A program made the position numbers and the translations under genes. The notes under the pieces are model-generated. The model was given only the letters and a program-made list of their open reading frames with translations. It was not told the DNA's origin and searched no databases. A DNA stretch of 64,000 nt from an uncultured bacterium (lineage in GTDB: Bacteria; Oederibacteriota; Oederibacteriia; Oederibacteriales; Oederibacteriaceae), in contig OZ218778.1 of NCBI GenBank assembly GCA_965112635.1, positions 2,592,001 through 2,656,000 of the forward strand, read 5' to 3'. This document shows positions 1 through 8,766 of the stretch, piece by piece. Within the stretch, counting starts at the first letter, position 1. Every line of letters starts with the position of its first letter.

Positions 1-227
1 CCCAGCCTTTGCATTTCCCTGGTGATATCCGGCCCTCCGCCGTGCACCAGCACCGGATGGATACCCACGCACTTTAAAAAAACCAGGTCCAGGCAGATAT
101 TGCGCACGACTTCCGAATACCCCAGGGTGCTGCCTCCGTACTTGATGACAAAAGTCTTGCCCTGGAACGATTTGATATAAGGAAGCGCCTCTGTCAGGAC
201 AGCGGCCTTCTTGATGAATCTCTCCAC
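1..227 (-). CDS. argB: acetylglutamate kinase, N-terminal part (runs off window start)
   Basis: Manual translation from GTG at 227 (GGAGG upstream): MERFIKKAAVLTEALPYIKSFQGKTFVIKYGGS...PVLVHGGGPDIT, with the EALPYI, KYGG and VHGGGP motifs of ArgB. Not in the ORF track. Confidence 0.93.
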   Translation of the reverse strand, partial: MERFIKKAAVLTEALPYIKSFQGKTFVIKYGGSTLGYSEVVRNICLDLVFLKCVGIHPVLVHGGGPDITREMQRL

Positions 228-237
228 TAAAACCTCC

Positions 238-338
238 AAAATGAAAACCCCGCAACAAAAGTCCGCGGGGCACTACCCCTCGCCCCGTTTGCGGGGAGAG
301 CGACCTTCATATTTTAGAAAAACAAAAGCATTGTAACA
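238..338 (-). promoter_or_regulatory. putative argB promoter (extended -10 TGTTACAAT at 338-330) and structured leader with two GC hairpins
   Basis: TGnTACAAT on the - strand; hairpins at 279-300 and 248-270, the second followed by UUUUCAUUUU just before the argB RBS. Confidence 0.4.
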
Positions 339-380
339 TGACTGGGGGGAGTTCTAAAAGACCTATTAAAAAAGCGTTAC

Positions 381-1280
381 CTAGGCCCTGGGGTGGGCTT
401 TGCGGTAAACGCTTTTGAGGTGCTCAATGCTGACATGGGTGTAGATCTGGGTCGTGACCAGGTTGGCATGGCCCAGCAATTCCTGGACGATACGGATATC
501 CGCTCCGGCGTCCAGCAAGTGCGTGGCAAACGTGTGCCGCATGGTATGGGGGCTGATGTGCCGGCCCAGAGAGGCCTGTCTGGAATAGCGGTCCAGCATC
601 CTCCGGATGTTCCGGTCGGTCAGTCTGCCACCCCGGTTGTTCAGAAAAAGCGCCTCCTGGCCGGGGCTTTTTTTCCCGGCCAGCTCGTCCCGGAAAGGGA
701 GATAGTTTTTTAGGGCCTCCAAAGCCTTGTCTCCCAGCATGGCTACCCTCTCCTTGCGGCCCTTGCCCACTACCCTGAAAGTGCCCTCCTCATAATCAAT
801 ACTCCTCTTGTTGAGCGAGACCAGCTCGGCGACGCGTATGCCGCTGGAGTACAAAACCTCCAGGATGGCCTTGTCCCTGGCGCCCGCAGGGGTGTGCCCA
901 TCCGGGCAACCCAGCAAGGCGTTGACCTCCTCGATGCTCAGGAACGAGGGCAGCCTCTTTTTTTGTTTGGGGTTGGACAGGCGGATGGTGGGATTGGCCT
1001 TGACCAGCTTCCGCTTGATCAGAAATCGGTAAAAAGAGCGCAAGGCCGAAAGTTTCCTGCCGATAGAGGTCGACTCATAGCCGTTGAACTGCAAATGGGC
1101 GAGAAAATCGCTGAAGATCGGATAATCGCACTGGCCGGCCCTGTCGACCTTGAACTGTTCCTTGACGAAACCGGCGAACTGCTTCAGATCCGCCCCGTAG
1201 TGCCGGACCGTCTCTCCCGAGCGGTTGCGCTGGATCTGAAGGTACTCCAGATATTGTTTTATCTCTTCTTTAAAAGCCAT
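381..1280 (-). CDS. xerC: tyrosine recombinase XerC/XerD family
   Basis: 299 aa; RDKAILEVLYSSGIRVAEL, GKGRKER, HTMRHTFATHLL, LLGH, TTQIYTH catalytic motifs; ends YRKAHPRA. XerC versus XerD is not certain. Confidence 0.88.
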   Translation of the reverse strand: MAFKEEIKQYLEYLQIQRNRSGETVRHYGADLKQFAGFVKEQFKVDRAGQCDYPIFSDFLAHLQFNGYESTSIGRKLSALRSFYRFLIKRKLVKANPTIRLSNPKQKKRLPSFLSIEEVNALLGCPDGHTPAGARDKAILEVLYSSGIRVAELVSLNKRSIDYEEGTFRVVGKGRKERVAMLGDKALEALKNYLPFRDELAGKKSPGQEALFLNNRGGRLTDRNIRRMLDRYSRQASLGRHISPHTMRHTFATHLLDAGADIRIVQELLGHANLVTTQIYTHVSIEHLKSVYRKAHPRA

Positions 1281-1310
1281 CTCGTCAATTCCCTCGATCT
1301 GCGGGGATCA

Positions 1311-1712
1311 CTAAAAGCAGACCACCCTGTCGCTCTGTCGTACGATGTCGTACATATCATCCAGACAGCCGATGGGGCAAACTTTGGTACTGTCCTGGCC
1401 CCTCAGCTGCATGCAGGTCCCGCAGCCCACGATCAAACCCCCGGCTTTGAGGAACGCGTCGGCTTGCTCTTTGATATTGAACTGCTTGGTCCCCGCCTTT
1501 TCCAGCTCCACGCCCTTGCCCAGCAAAAATATCCTTACCGTATCGTTCTTGGCCATGCATTGGTTGGCGAAACGAAGAGCGTTCCAGCAGGTCTCCGGGT
1601 CATTGCTCTGGACAATAACACCTATCTTGAGAGGCCTAGCCTCTTCTGCGGCCCCCACCCAGCCTGCCGCTAGCAACAGAATGAACAACAGGAACAAAAC
1701 GATTTTTTTCAT
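1311..1712 (-). CDS. DsrE/DsrF-like family protein with apparent signal peptide
   Basis: WNALRFAN, VRIFLLGKGVE, GCGTC..RG, DRVVCF pattern of DsrE-like proteins; N-terminal MKK plus hydrophobic stretch. Confidence 0.75.
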   Translation of the reverse strand: MKKIVLFLLFILLLAAGWVGAAEEARPLKIGVIVQSNDPETCWNALRFANQCMAKNDTVRIFLLGKGVELEKAGTKQFNIKEQADAFLKAGGLIVGCGTCMQLRGQDSTKVCPIGCLDDMYDIVRQSDRVVCF

Positions 1713-1816
1713 TTTTCCTCCTTATATTTTTTGCTAGAGCTTGTGCCATAGAACTGCCATGAAATCCCGGCCGCTGCGTCTTAGGACAAAAGGAAAGATC
1801 GAAGGAAACCCTTTGG

Positions 1817-1853
1817 AAAAGAAAAAGGGGCCGACCTTTTCTCGTCCCCTTTT
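1817..1853 (-). terminator. Rho-independent terminator after the beta-barrel gene
   Basis: - strand AAAAGGGGACGA-gaaaagg-TCGGCCCCTTTTTCTTTT, about 12 nt after the stop at 1866. Confidence 0.65.
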
Positions 1854-1865
1854 CAGTACTTCTCT

Positions 1866-2420
1866 CTAAAAGAATTCGAGACCCAGATGCAAGCCGATCT
1901 GGCCCATGCTTTCCGAACCCCAATCGCTTTCCGGGCCAAGCAGAAAGTAGTCGCACCCGAAATTGATCGCCGTGTCGTGGTTTCTGAAGCACAAAAGGTC
2001 TATCCTAGGGTCCACGGCGAGCTCGACTCCGTTATGGACATCATGGGTTGTACCGGACATGAGAATGTCCCATTTGCTGAAAGCCACCCCGAACCCGACG
2101 CTGGTGGTCAAATTGACGTTGTCACTGAGCTTGATGTTCCAACCCACGCCGAAAAGCGGGGCGATGCTCATGATCTTGTAGGTGGTGTCGGTCTGACTGG
2201 GCACAAGCATCGAATGCAGGTAGATGGAGATTTCGCTGTCCGGGGCTAGGTATTCCAGGCCCATTTCGTTGCTGATACCCACGGGATAATCCGAGCTGAT
2301 GACATAGGGGCTGGTCGGATTTACGGCGCCAAAATTCAGCAGGGCGCCCCACTGGCCCTCATCCGCCCAAGCCTGGGAAAAACCCAAGAAAATCACTAGG
2401 ACAAACAATAAACGCTTCAT
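1866..2420 (-). CDS. small outer-membrane beta-barrel-like hypothetical protein
   Basis: Signal peptide (AWA|DE), alternating hydrophobic strands, C-terminal GLHLGLEFF ending in Phe; GGAGG RBS. Confidence 0.6.
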   Translation of the reverse strand: MKRLLFVLVIFLGFSQAWADEGQWGALLNFGAVNPTSPYVISSDYPVGISNEMGLEYLAPDSEISIYLHSMLVPSQTDTTYKIMSIAPLFGVGWNIKLSDNVNLTTSVGFGVAFSKWDILMSGTTHDVHNGVELAVDPRIDLLCFRNHDTAINFGCDYFLLGPESDWGSESMGQIGLHLGLEFF

Positions 2421-2626
2421 GTTCCCTCCTTTTGCCCCGACAACTTTTATAAATTATAACTCTTACAGGACGAAAAGATAGCCTCGGCCAACCTCACCGA
2501 GGACGCGTTAAACAGGCTTGAACAGACGATAAACCACTTGTTTTTTGGTTTAAATAGCATAAAATATTAATCCAGTTTTGATTTTAACGAGAAACCAAAC
2601 AAATTCTAATTAGAGGAGGATTTACC

Positions 2627-3262
2627 ATGGCAGATCTATCCGCGTTATCCCAGGCCGTAGAAAATGGGAAAAAAGCCCAGGCTGAAGAGCTGACCCGTAA
2701 AGCGATCCAGGAAGGCATCGCACCCGGAGAGATCGTGGATAAAGCCCTCATCCCTGCCATGCATACCGTAGGCGAAAAATTCAAGAACGGTGAATATTTC
2801 GTCCCCGAAATGCTAATCGCCGCCAGGGCTATGGGCGCGGCCATGGAGATCATCAAGCCTGCCTTGATCAAGAGCGACTATAAACCGATCGGTAAAGTGG
2901 TCATCGGCACCGTGCGGGGCGACCTGCACGATATCGGCAAGAACCTCGTCAAGATGATGCTGGGCGGCGCGGGTTTTGAGGTCGTTGACCTCGGCGTGGA
3001 TGTGGCGCCGGAGAAATTCGTGGATGCCATCAAACAACACCAACCTCAGGTTGTGGCCATGTCAGCCCTGCTTACCACCACCATGCTGGCCATGCCGGAT
3101 ACCATCAAGGCCATCGCCAGTGCCGGCGAACGCAGCAAGGTCAAGGTCATCATCGGCGGCGCTGCGGTGACGGATTCTTTTGCCAAGGACATTACCGCGG
3201 ACGGATACAGCCAGGACGCTCATTCCGCCGTGGAGTTGGCTAAAAAGCTCATCGGCAAATAA
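2627..3262 (+). CDS. corrinoid (cobalamin-binding) protein, MetH cap plus B12-binding type
   Basis: GDLHDIGKNLV (DxHxxG), DLGVDV, SALLTTT, IIGGA; N-terminal cap with EYFVPEML; GAGGAGG RBS. Confidence 0.92.
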   Translation: MADLSALSQAVENGKKAQAEELTRKAIQEGIAPGEIVDKALIPAMHTVGEKFKNGEYFVPEMLIAARAMGAAMEIIKPALIKSDYKPIGKVVIGTVRGDLHDIGKNLVKMMLGGAGFEVVDLGVDVAPEKFVDAIKQHQPQVVAMSALLTTTMLAMPDTIKAIASAGERSKVKVIIGGAAVTDSFAKDITADGYSQDAHSAVELAKKLIGK

Positions 3263-3263
3263 C

Positions 3264-3288
3264 CCTCTTTCCGGCGAAAGAGGTCTTT
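3264..3288 (+). terminator. intra-operon hairpin (weak terminator or mRNA stabiliser)
   Basis: CCTCTTTC-cggc-GAAAGAGG followed by TCTTT immediately after the corrinoid gene stop. Confidence 0.5.
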
Positions 3289-3305
3289 AATCCAGGGGAA
3301 ACAAC

Positions 3306-4832
3306 TTGCCTCACCTCATCCACATTTTAGTGGAACCCCTTCACGCTCTGATCGATATAAAACCGGGGTCTTTATTGGCCGACGCGCTGGTCTTGCACGG
3401 CGTCGAGTTCCCCTGCGGCGGAAGAGGGGTTTGCCGGGGCTGCATGATCAAAGTGATCAAAGGCCGCCTTGAAGAGACCCTCCTCGATAAGGAAATCCTG
3501 ACTTCCCACGAAAGGGCCGAAGGCTGGCGTCTTTGCTGCCAGGCCCGTCCCACCGAGGACATGACCATCCAACTCAAACAATGGTCCGCCCTCATCCTCA
3601 CGGACGATTCCAAATTTTCCTTCACGCCGAGCCAGGGGCTGGGCATCGCCGTTGACCTCGGGACCACGACCATGGTGGCCCAGCTTTTGGACCTCTCTTC
3701 TTCCAGGATATTGGCGACAGAGGCGTCCCTAAATCCCCAGGCCAGGTTCGGCGCTGATATCATGAGTCGTATCGCCGCGGCCATGGCCGAGGATGGATTG
3801 GAACACCTGAAAAACCTTGTCCGCCACCAGATCGCCTTGATGGTCAAACATCTGTTGAAATCAGCCCCCTCCGGAATGCCGGTTGTCCGCGCGTCCCTAG
3901 TCGGGAATACGGTCATGCACCACCTTTTCCTGGGTTATGATGTCGCGGCCCTGTCCCATTATCCCTTTCAGTCAGCCTATATGGACGGGGTTTCCCTCAA
4001 AGGGGCCGAACTAGGATGGGAAGGCGCGACCCGGGAAACAGAGGTCTTTTTCCTCCCTAATCTGGGCGGGTTTGTGGGAAGCGATATCCTGGGCGTGATA
4101 ATCGCCACCCGCCTTTACGAATCCAAAGAGATGGTGGGCGCCGCCGACCTCGGCACGAACGGCGAGATCATCTTCGGGAATAAGGACCGTATCCTCGTGT
4201 CTTCAACCGCTGCCGGACCCGCTTTTGAGGGCGCGAAGATATCCCAGGGAATGCGCGCGGCCAAAGGCGCCATAGACCGCGTTTTCATCGACAACGGCAA
4301 GCTTTCCGTGCATGTCATCGGCGGAAGCAGAGCGCAGGGCATCTGCGGAAGCGGCCTGGTCGACGCCGTTTGCTGCTGCCTCAAACTGGGGCTGATCTCT
4401 CCCTTTGGAAGGATCAAATCCGAACCGCTCACGCTCAAGGAACCGGTCAAATTGCTGCAAAAGGACGTGAGGGAATTGCAGTTGGCCAAAGGCGCCATCG
4501 CCTCAGGTATAAAAATATTGATGGAGTCCTTGGATCTCAAGCCTGAAGAGGTGGCGCAGTTCTATCTTGCCGGAGCGTTCGGTAACAGCCTCAACGTGGA
4601 GGCCAGCGAGTATATCGGGCTGCTTCCCTTGCCCGCTTCCATCGTCAAGGCAGTCGGCAACGCCGCCCTGCTGGGGGCCAAGATGACTCTCTTTATGCCC
4701 GAGGGCGGAAAAAAACTGGTCTCGTCCATCCTGCCCAAGGTCAAGCACTTGTCCCTGGAACAGTCCCCTGCCTTCCAAAACCTTTTTGTCGATTCTATGA
4801 AATTCGACAGGAATATGTTCAAAATGGTATGA
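3306..4832 (+). CDS. ATP-dependent reductive activator of corrinoid proteins (RACo/DUF4445; 2Fe-2S plus ASKHA)
   Basis: CGGRGVCRGC...RLCCQ ferredoxin; DLGTTT, NPQARFGADIMSRI, GFVGSD, DLGTNGE, TAAGPAFEG, GICGSG, LQLAKGAI, LAGAFG. Confidence 0.9.
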   Translation: MPHLIHILVEPLHALIDIKPGSLLADALVLHGVEFPCGGRGVCRGCMIKVIKGRLEETLLDKEILTSHERAEGWRLCCQARPTEDMTIQLKQWSALILTDDSKFSFTPSQGLGIAVDLGTTTMVAQLLDLSSSRILATEASLNPQARFGADIMSRIAAAMAEDGLEHLKNLVRHQIALMVKHLLKSAPSGMPVVRASLVGNTVMHHLFLGYDVAALSHYPFQSAYMDGVSLKGAELGWEGATRETEVFFLPNLGGFVGSDILGVIIATRLYESKEMVGAADLGTNGEIIFGNKDRILVSSTAAGPAFEGAKISQGMRAAKGAIDRVFIDNGKLSVHVIGGSRAQGICGSGLVDAVCCCLKLGLISPFGRIKSEPLTLKEPVKLLQKDVRELQLAKGAIASGIKILMESLDLKPEEVAQFYLAGAFGNSLNVEASEYIGLLPLPASIVKAVGNAALLGAKMTLFMPEGGKKLVSSILPKVKHLSLEQSPAFQNLFVDSMKFDRNMFKMV

Positions 4833-4859
4833 TTGTGGGAGTTTAGAAAGGAGTTTTTG

Positions 4860-5741
4860 ATGCTGGCCAAGGATGTCTTTCTAGAACGCCTAAAAAAAGG
4901 CCCTGTTTTGCTTGATGGCGCCATGGGCACCGAACTGATGAATGCAGGCCTGTCGTCTGCCGAGGTCCCGGAATTATGGAACCTGACGAACACGGCAGCG
5001 GTCCAGAAGGTGCACCTCTCCTACGACAAAGCTGGGGCTGAAATACTCTACACCAATTCTTTTGGCGGCAACGCCATAAAACTGGCCAAGGCCGGCCAGG
5101 AAAATAAAGTTGAGGAGCTCAACACGGCCGCCGTGGCCATAGCCCGCAAATCACAGGTCAATTCCAAATGGGTGGCCGGCTCCATGGGCCCCCTGGGTGA
5201 ATTGATGGAACCCTACGGCGATATCACTGAGGAATCCGCGAAAAAGGCTTTTTTCCAGCAGGCCCAGGTGCTTTTAAAAGCGGGGGCGGATATCATCGTC
5301 GTCGAATCGCACACCGACCTGAACGAAGCCAGCATGGCCGTGGCTGAGGCACGCCGTGCTGGAGCCGAGGTCATTTTAGCCAGTATGACCTTTGAAGGGC
5401 CTGAAAGGGACTTTCGCACGATCATGGGCGCCACCCCCGAAAAGAGCGTGGAAACCTTGCTCCAGCAAGGGGCGACCGTGGTGGGGGCTAACTGCGGCAA
5501 GGCGCTGGCTCACAACATTGAAGTGATCAAAAGGATGCACCGAGCTTACCCCGGCCCTCTGATGGCAAAATTTAACGCGGGTCTGCCTAACTATATTGAG
5601 GGAAAGATCGTTTATTCCGTGACACCGGAAGAGTTTGCCCGGGAACTCTCTCCCCTAGTACAGCAAGGGGTCGCTCTCCTTGGCGGCTGCTGCGGGACAA
5701 CCCCCCAACATATAGCGGCGCTTGCCCAATCGCTGAAGTAA
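4860..5741 (+). CDS. homocysteine S-methyltransferase domain protein (stand-alone MetH N-terminal module)
   Basis: LLDGAMGTEL, TNSFG, AGSMGP, GANC, NAGLP, GGCCGTTPQHI Zn-binding motif; AAGGAG precedes ATG 4860. Confidence 0.9.
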   Translation: MLAKDVFLERLKKGPVLLDGAMGTELMNAGLSSAEVPELWNLTNTAAVQKVHLSYDKAGAEILYTNSFGGNAIKLAKAGQENKVEELNTAAVAIARKSQVNSKWVAGSMGPLGELMEPYGDITEESAKKAFFQQAQVLLKAGADIIVVESHTDLNEASMAVAEARRAGAEVILASMTFEGPERDFRTIMGATPEKSVETLLQQGATVVGANCGKALAHNIEVIKRMHRAYPGPLMAKFNAGLPNYIEGKIVYSVTPEEFARELSPLVQQGVALLGGCCGTTPQHIAALAQSLK

Positions 5742-5771
5742 CCTAGCTGCCCGAAATCCACGGCATCAAGT

Positions 5772-6758
5772 TCAATGATTCCGCTGGACGATGAACCCTA
5801 ATATTTCGTTCAAATTATCCCTAGCCGGACTAGGCTTAAGATGCTGGAGTTCCTTGGCCGCCAACCTGATGTAATCCAGGGCCTTTTTTTGAACATAATC
5901 TCTGCCGCCGTACCTTGATATGAAACCCCTGATAAAAGACATCGTGGAAGCGGACGTGTTCCTTTCTAATGTTCTGTAAACCTTTTCTCTTTCCTTTTGG
6001 GGACATTTTTTGAGGCTATGGATCAGGGGCAAGGTCAAATACCCTTCACTAAAATCACTTCCCAATGGCTTTCCCAGCTCTTTTGGGTTGGAATAGACAT
6101 CCAGCAGGTCGTCTACCAACTGAAAAGCCATGCCAACCGCCTTGCCAAAGCGTTCCATAGCCCGGACCACGCCAGGAGACGCGTTCTGGGCAAGGGCTCC
6201 CACCTGGCAGCAGCTGGACATCAAGACCGCAGTTTTTTTCATGATGATCTCCAGGTAGGTCTCTTCGGACAGCTTTTTGTTGGATTGGTTCAACAACTCC
6301 AGCATTTGCCCCTCGCACATGAAAGCTGCAGCGCGAGTGACCAAACTATAGATACGGGGATCACCGTTCCTTGAAACCAGATGGGCTGCCTTCACGTAAA
6401 TATGGTCGCCCAACAGGATCGAAAGAGGATTGCCCCATAAAGCATTAACCGTCTTCCTCCCACGGCGTATCTCCGAATGGTCCAGAACATCGTCGTGGAT
6501 CAGGCTAGCCAAGTGGATCAGCTCCACCCCGGCCGCCAGGGCATAAATCTTCTGGAACTGTTTCAAAGGCCGGCCCGGCCGAGCGGCCCGGCTTGCCAGC
6601 AGCAACAGAGAGGGCCTTATCCGTTTCCCGCCTGCCTGGGCTAAATGCAGGTTCAGCCTGTTCATGAATTGGTGCTGGGCGGCCAGGGTCTTGAGGATCA
6701 GCCCCTCGGTCTTTTTGAGATCGTTTTTGAGTTGGTTGGAAAATACGGGTATGTTCAT
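5772..6758 (-). CDS. trans-polyprenyl diphosphate synthase (IspB/HepT-like)
   Basis: GGKRIRP, ELIHLASLIHDDVLD, RRG, KTA, FQLVDDLLD (two DDxxD motifs). Confidence 0.92.
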   Translation of the reverse strand: MNIPVFSNQLKNDLKKTEGLILKTLAAQHQFMNRLNLHLAQAGGKRIRPSLLLLASRAARPGRPLKQFQKIYALAAGVELIHLASLIHDDVLDHSEIRRGRKTVNALWGNPLSILLGDHIYVKAAHLVSRNGDPRIYSLVTRAAAFMCEGQMLELLNQSNKKLSEETYLEIIMKKTAVLMSSCCQVGALAQNASPGVVRAMERFGKAVGMAFQLVDDLLDVYSNPKELGKPLGSDFSEGYLTLPLIHSLKKCPQKEREKVYRTLERNTSASTMSFIRGFISRYGGRDYVQKKALDYIRLAAKELQHLKPSPARDNLNEILGFIVQRNH

Positions 6759-6784
6759 TAAAACTCCTCTTTTAGGATCTGGAA

Positions 6785-7936
6785 CTAAACTCTCTCCAGG
6801 GGATCAAAGAGCTTGTTGTATTCTTCCAGGGCATACCGGTCGGTCATGCCGGAAATATAATCACAGATGGCCTTTTTGGGGGAAATCTGCTGGAAACGCC
6901 TCTGCACCTTATAGGGCAGGATCTCCGGTCTGTCGTTATAGACCTGGAACAGCTCCGTGATGATCCGCTGCGCCTTATATTCCATGCGGACAACCCTGTA
7001 ATGCCTATAAAGGTTGGCGAACAGGAACTCTTTTAGCTGCGACAAATTCTCCTTCATTTTCTGGCTGAAGTCGACAAGGGGTGTCCCATGCCGCTTAACA
7101 TCTGCAATAATTTTGATCTGGAATTCGACGATATTCTTTTCCGTTTGATTGATAAGATCAGATACCTGGCAGTTGATCAGAGACTTTATCAAATGGTACT
7201 TTAAGCGGCTAGCATCGATCTCGGGATATCGGCGGACCCCTTCTTCATAGACATCCCGGAAGAGCTCCACTTTCTTCATCATATCGACGGTAAGGATATT
7301 GGAGGTCAGTCCATCGTCCGTATCATGGTTATTGTAGGCGATTTCATCGGCCAAATTCCCAATCTGGGCTTCCAAAGAAGTGGCTGGCCCGGAACTTTTC
7401 CCCCCAGGGTCCGGCGAATCATAGACCGAAGAATGCTTCTCGATACCCTCCAGGACCTCGGCGCTCAAATTCAAACCCGGGAAACCCGAATACCGCTCTT
7501 CCAATTCAGTGACGATCCGCAAGCTCTGCCGATTGTGTTCGAAACCTCCCTCATCTACCATGAGTTCATTTAATATTTTTTCGCCGGCGTGCCCAAAGGG
7601 GGTATGACCCAAGTCATGCGCCAGGATGATCGCTTCCGTCAGGTCCTCGTTGAGCTGCAAAGCCCTGGCTATACTGCGCCCGATCTGCGCCGCTTCCAGG
7701 GTATGAGTCAGGCGGGTTCTGTAATAATCCCCCTCATGACTTACGAAAACCTGCGTTTTATATTCTAAACGCCTAAAAGCTGAACAGTGGATAACTCGAT
7801 CCCGGTCCCTTTCAAAAGGGACGCGATAAGGGTGCTCCTCTTCCTCATAACGTCTTCCCAGGCTCTCCTTATTCTTCATGGCATAAGGAGCCAGGGTAAT
7901 ATCCTCTAATTGCAACCTTTTTTCCCTAGAAAGCAT
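6785..7936 (-). CDS. dgt: deoxyguanosinetriphosphate triphosphohydrolase-like protein (HD)
   Basis: RDRDRVIHCSAFRRLEYKTQVF, RTRLTHTLE, HDLGHTPFGHAGE, ADEIAY, DYISGMTDRYA. Confidence 0.93.
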   Translation of the reverse strand: MLSREKRLQLEDITLAPYAMKNKESLGRRYEEEEHPYRVPFERDRDRVIHCSAFRRLEYKTQVFVSHEGDYYRTRLTHTLEAAQIGRSIARALQLNEDLTEAIILAHDLGHTPFGHAGEKILNELMVDEGGFEHNRQSLRIVTELEERYSGFPGLNLSAEVLEGIEKHSSVYDSPDPGGKSSGPATSLEAQIGNLADEIAYNNHDTDDGLTSNILTVDMMKKVELFRDVYEEGVRRYPEIDASRLKYHLIKSLINCQVSDLINQTEKNIVEFQIKIIADVKRHGTPLVDFSQKMKENLSQLKEFLFANLYRHYRVVRMEYKAQRIITELFQVYNDRPEILPYKVQRRFQQISPKKAICDYISGMTDRYALEEYNKLFDPLERV

Positions 7937-7965
7937 ACCGGCCTTATTTTCCTTTCAAAATGAAC

Positions 7966-7993
7966 AAAAAAACAGAGCAGACGCTGCTCTGTT
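7966..7993 (-). terminator. Rho-independent terminator downstream of the Crp-family gene
   Basis: Perfect stem AACAGAGCAG-cgt-CTGCTCTGTT running into a U tract on the - strand. Confidence 0.8.
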
Positions 7994-8026
7994 CCCTCAA
8001 AATCAATCAATTTAAATAGCTTGGTA

Positions 8027-8761
8027 TTATAAAAGCCACCGGCGCAATTTTTCGCGGTTCACGACCACGATCTCTTTTAGGTCGTGCTTGATGGCGCCGT
8101 CATCCTGGAATTCGCCCAACAATTTGGTTACCGTTTCCCTGGAAACACCCGCAATATCCGCCATGTCTTGATGGATGAGTTTGATTTGGACAACGTCCTT
8201 TTGCCCAAACTGGTCGGCTAAAAACAGGATCATATCCGCAATCCTCGCCCGCGAATTACCCAAAGCGAGAGCGTTGATTTGGCGGTTGGCCTGGGTCAAT
8301 CGTTCGCAAAGGGTATGAATGATCCGGAAAGGGATGGATGGGTTCTTCTCCACCAAATTATAAAACTCGGTTCTGCCCATTACTAGAAAATCGCACGCGG
8401 TGATCGTAGCCGCTGAAGCGCTCCGACCTTTATCCGTCAGGATGGACATCTCTCCGAAAAAATTCCCTTGCTTTATTAAGGAAAGGGTTTTAGTTCTGCC
8501 GTCTCTGGAAGTATGATAAATTTTGGCTAAACCTTTCTTGATCAAAAACAGGGTGTCCCCGTGCTCTCCCTCGAAAAACACCGGAGTGTCTTTTGGATAA
8601 GAAACTTCCTTGAGGTTGCGGGCCAGCTCGTTCAAATCTTTTGAAGAAAGATCTGAAAAAAGGGACACACCATGAAGAAAACCGTGATTCTTTGATCTAC
8701 TTTCCTCTGCTCTCTGGCTAGAACTTTTTCCCTGCATGGAGTCAGTTGACTTTCTCATCAT
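8027..8761 (-). CDS. Crp/Fnr family transcriptional regulator
   Basis: cNMP-binding FFGEMS...RSASA; HTH HQDMADIAGVSRETVTKLL. Confidence 0.93.
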   Translation of the reverse strand: MMRKSTDSMQGKSSSQRAEESRSKNHGFLHGVSLFSDLSSKDLNELARNLKEVSYPKDTPVFFEGEHGDTLFLIKKGLAKIYHTSRDGRTKTLSLIKQGNFFGEMSILTDKGRSASAATITACDFLVMGRTEFYNLVEKNPSIPFRIIHTLCERLTQANRQINALALGNSRARIADMILFLADQFGQKDVVQIKLIHQDMADIAGVSRETVTKLLGEFQDDGAIKHDLKEIVVVNREKLRRWLL

Positions 8762-8766
8762 TGGAT

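Noticed and set aside
381-1280. Tyrosine recombinase as prophage or integron integrase
   Set aside because: Typical chromosomal XerC/D size and ending, no IntI insertion, no att sites or mobile genes seen; no convincing dif site found by eye.
2421-2626. Cobalamin or SAM riboswitch upstream of the corrinoid operon
   Set aside because: AT-rich divergent promoter region; no B12-box or S-box core recognised.
5772-6758. Polyprenyl synthase as supplier of the glycosyl carrier lipid
   Set aside because: It is a trans-type (DDxxD) enzyme typical of quinone side chains, and a terminator separates it from the GT cluster; carriers normally come from cis-prenyltransferases.
6785-7936. dGTPase as anti-phage defence gene
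   Set aside because: Short housekeeping-type Dgt beside a polyprenyl synthase, with no defence context.
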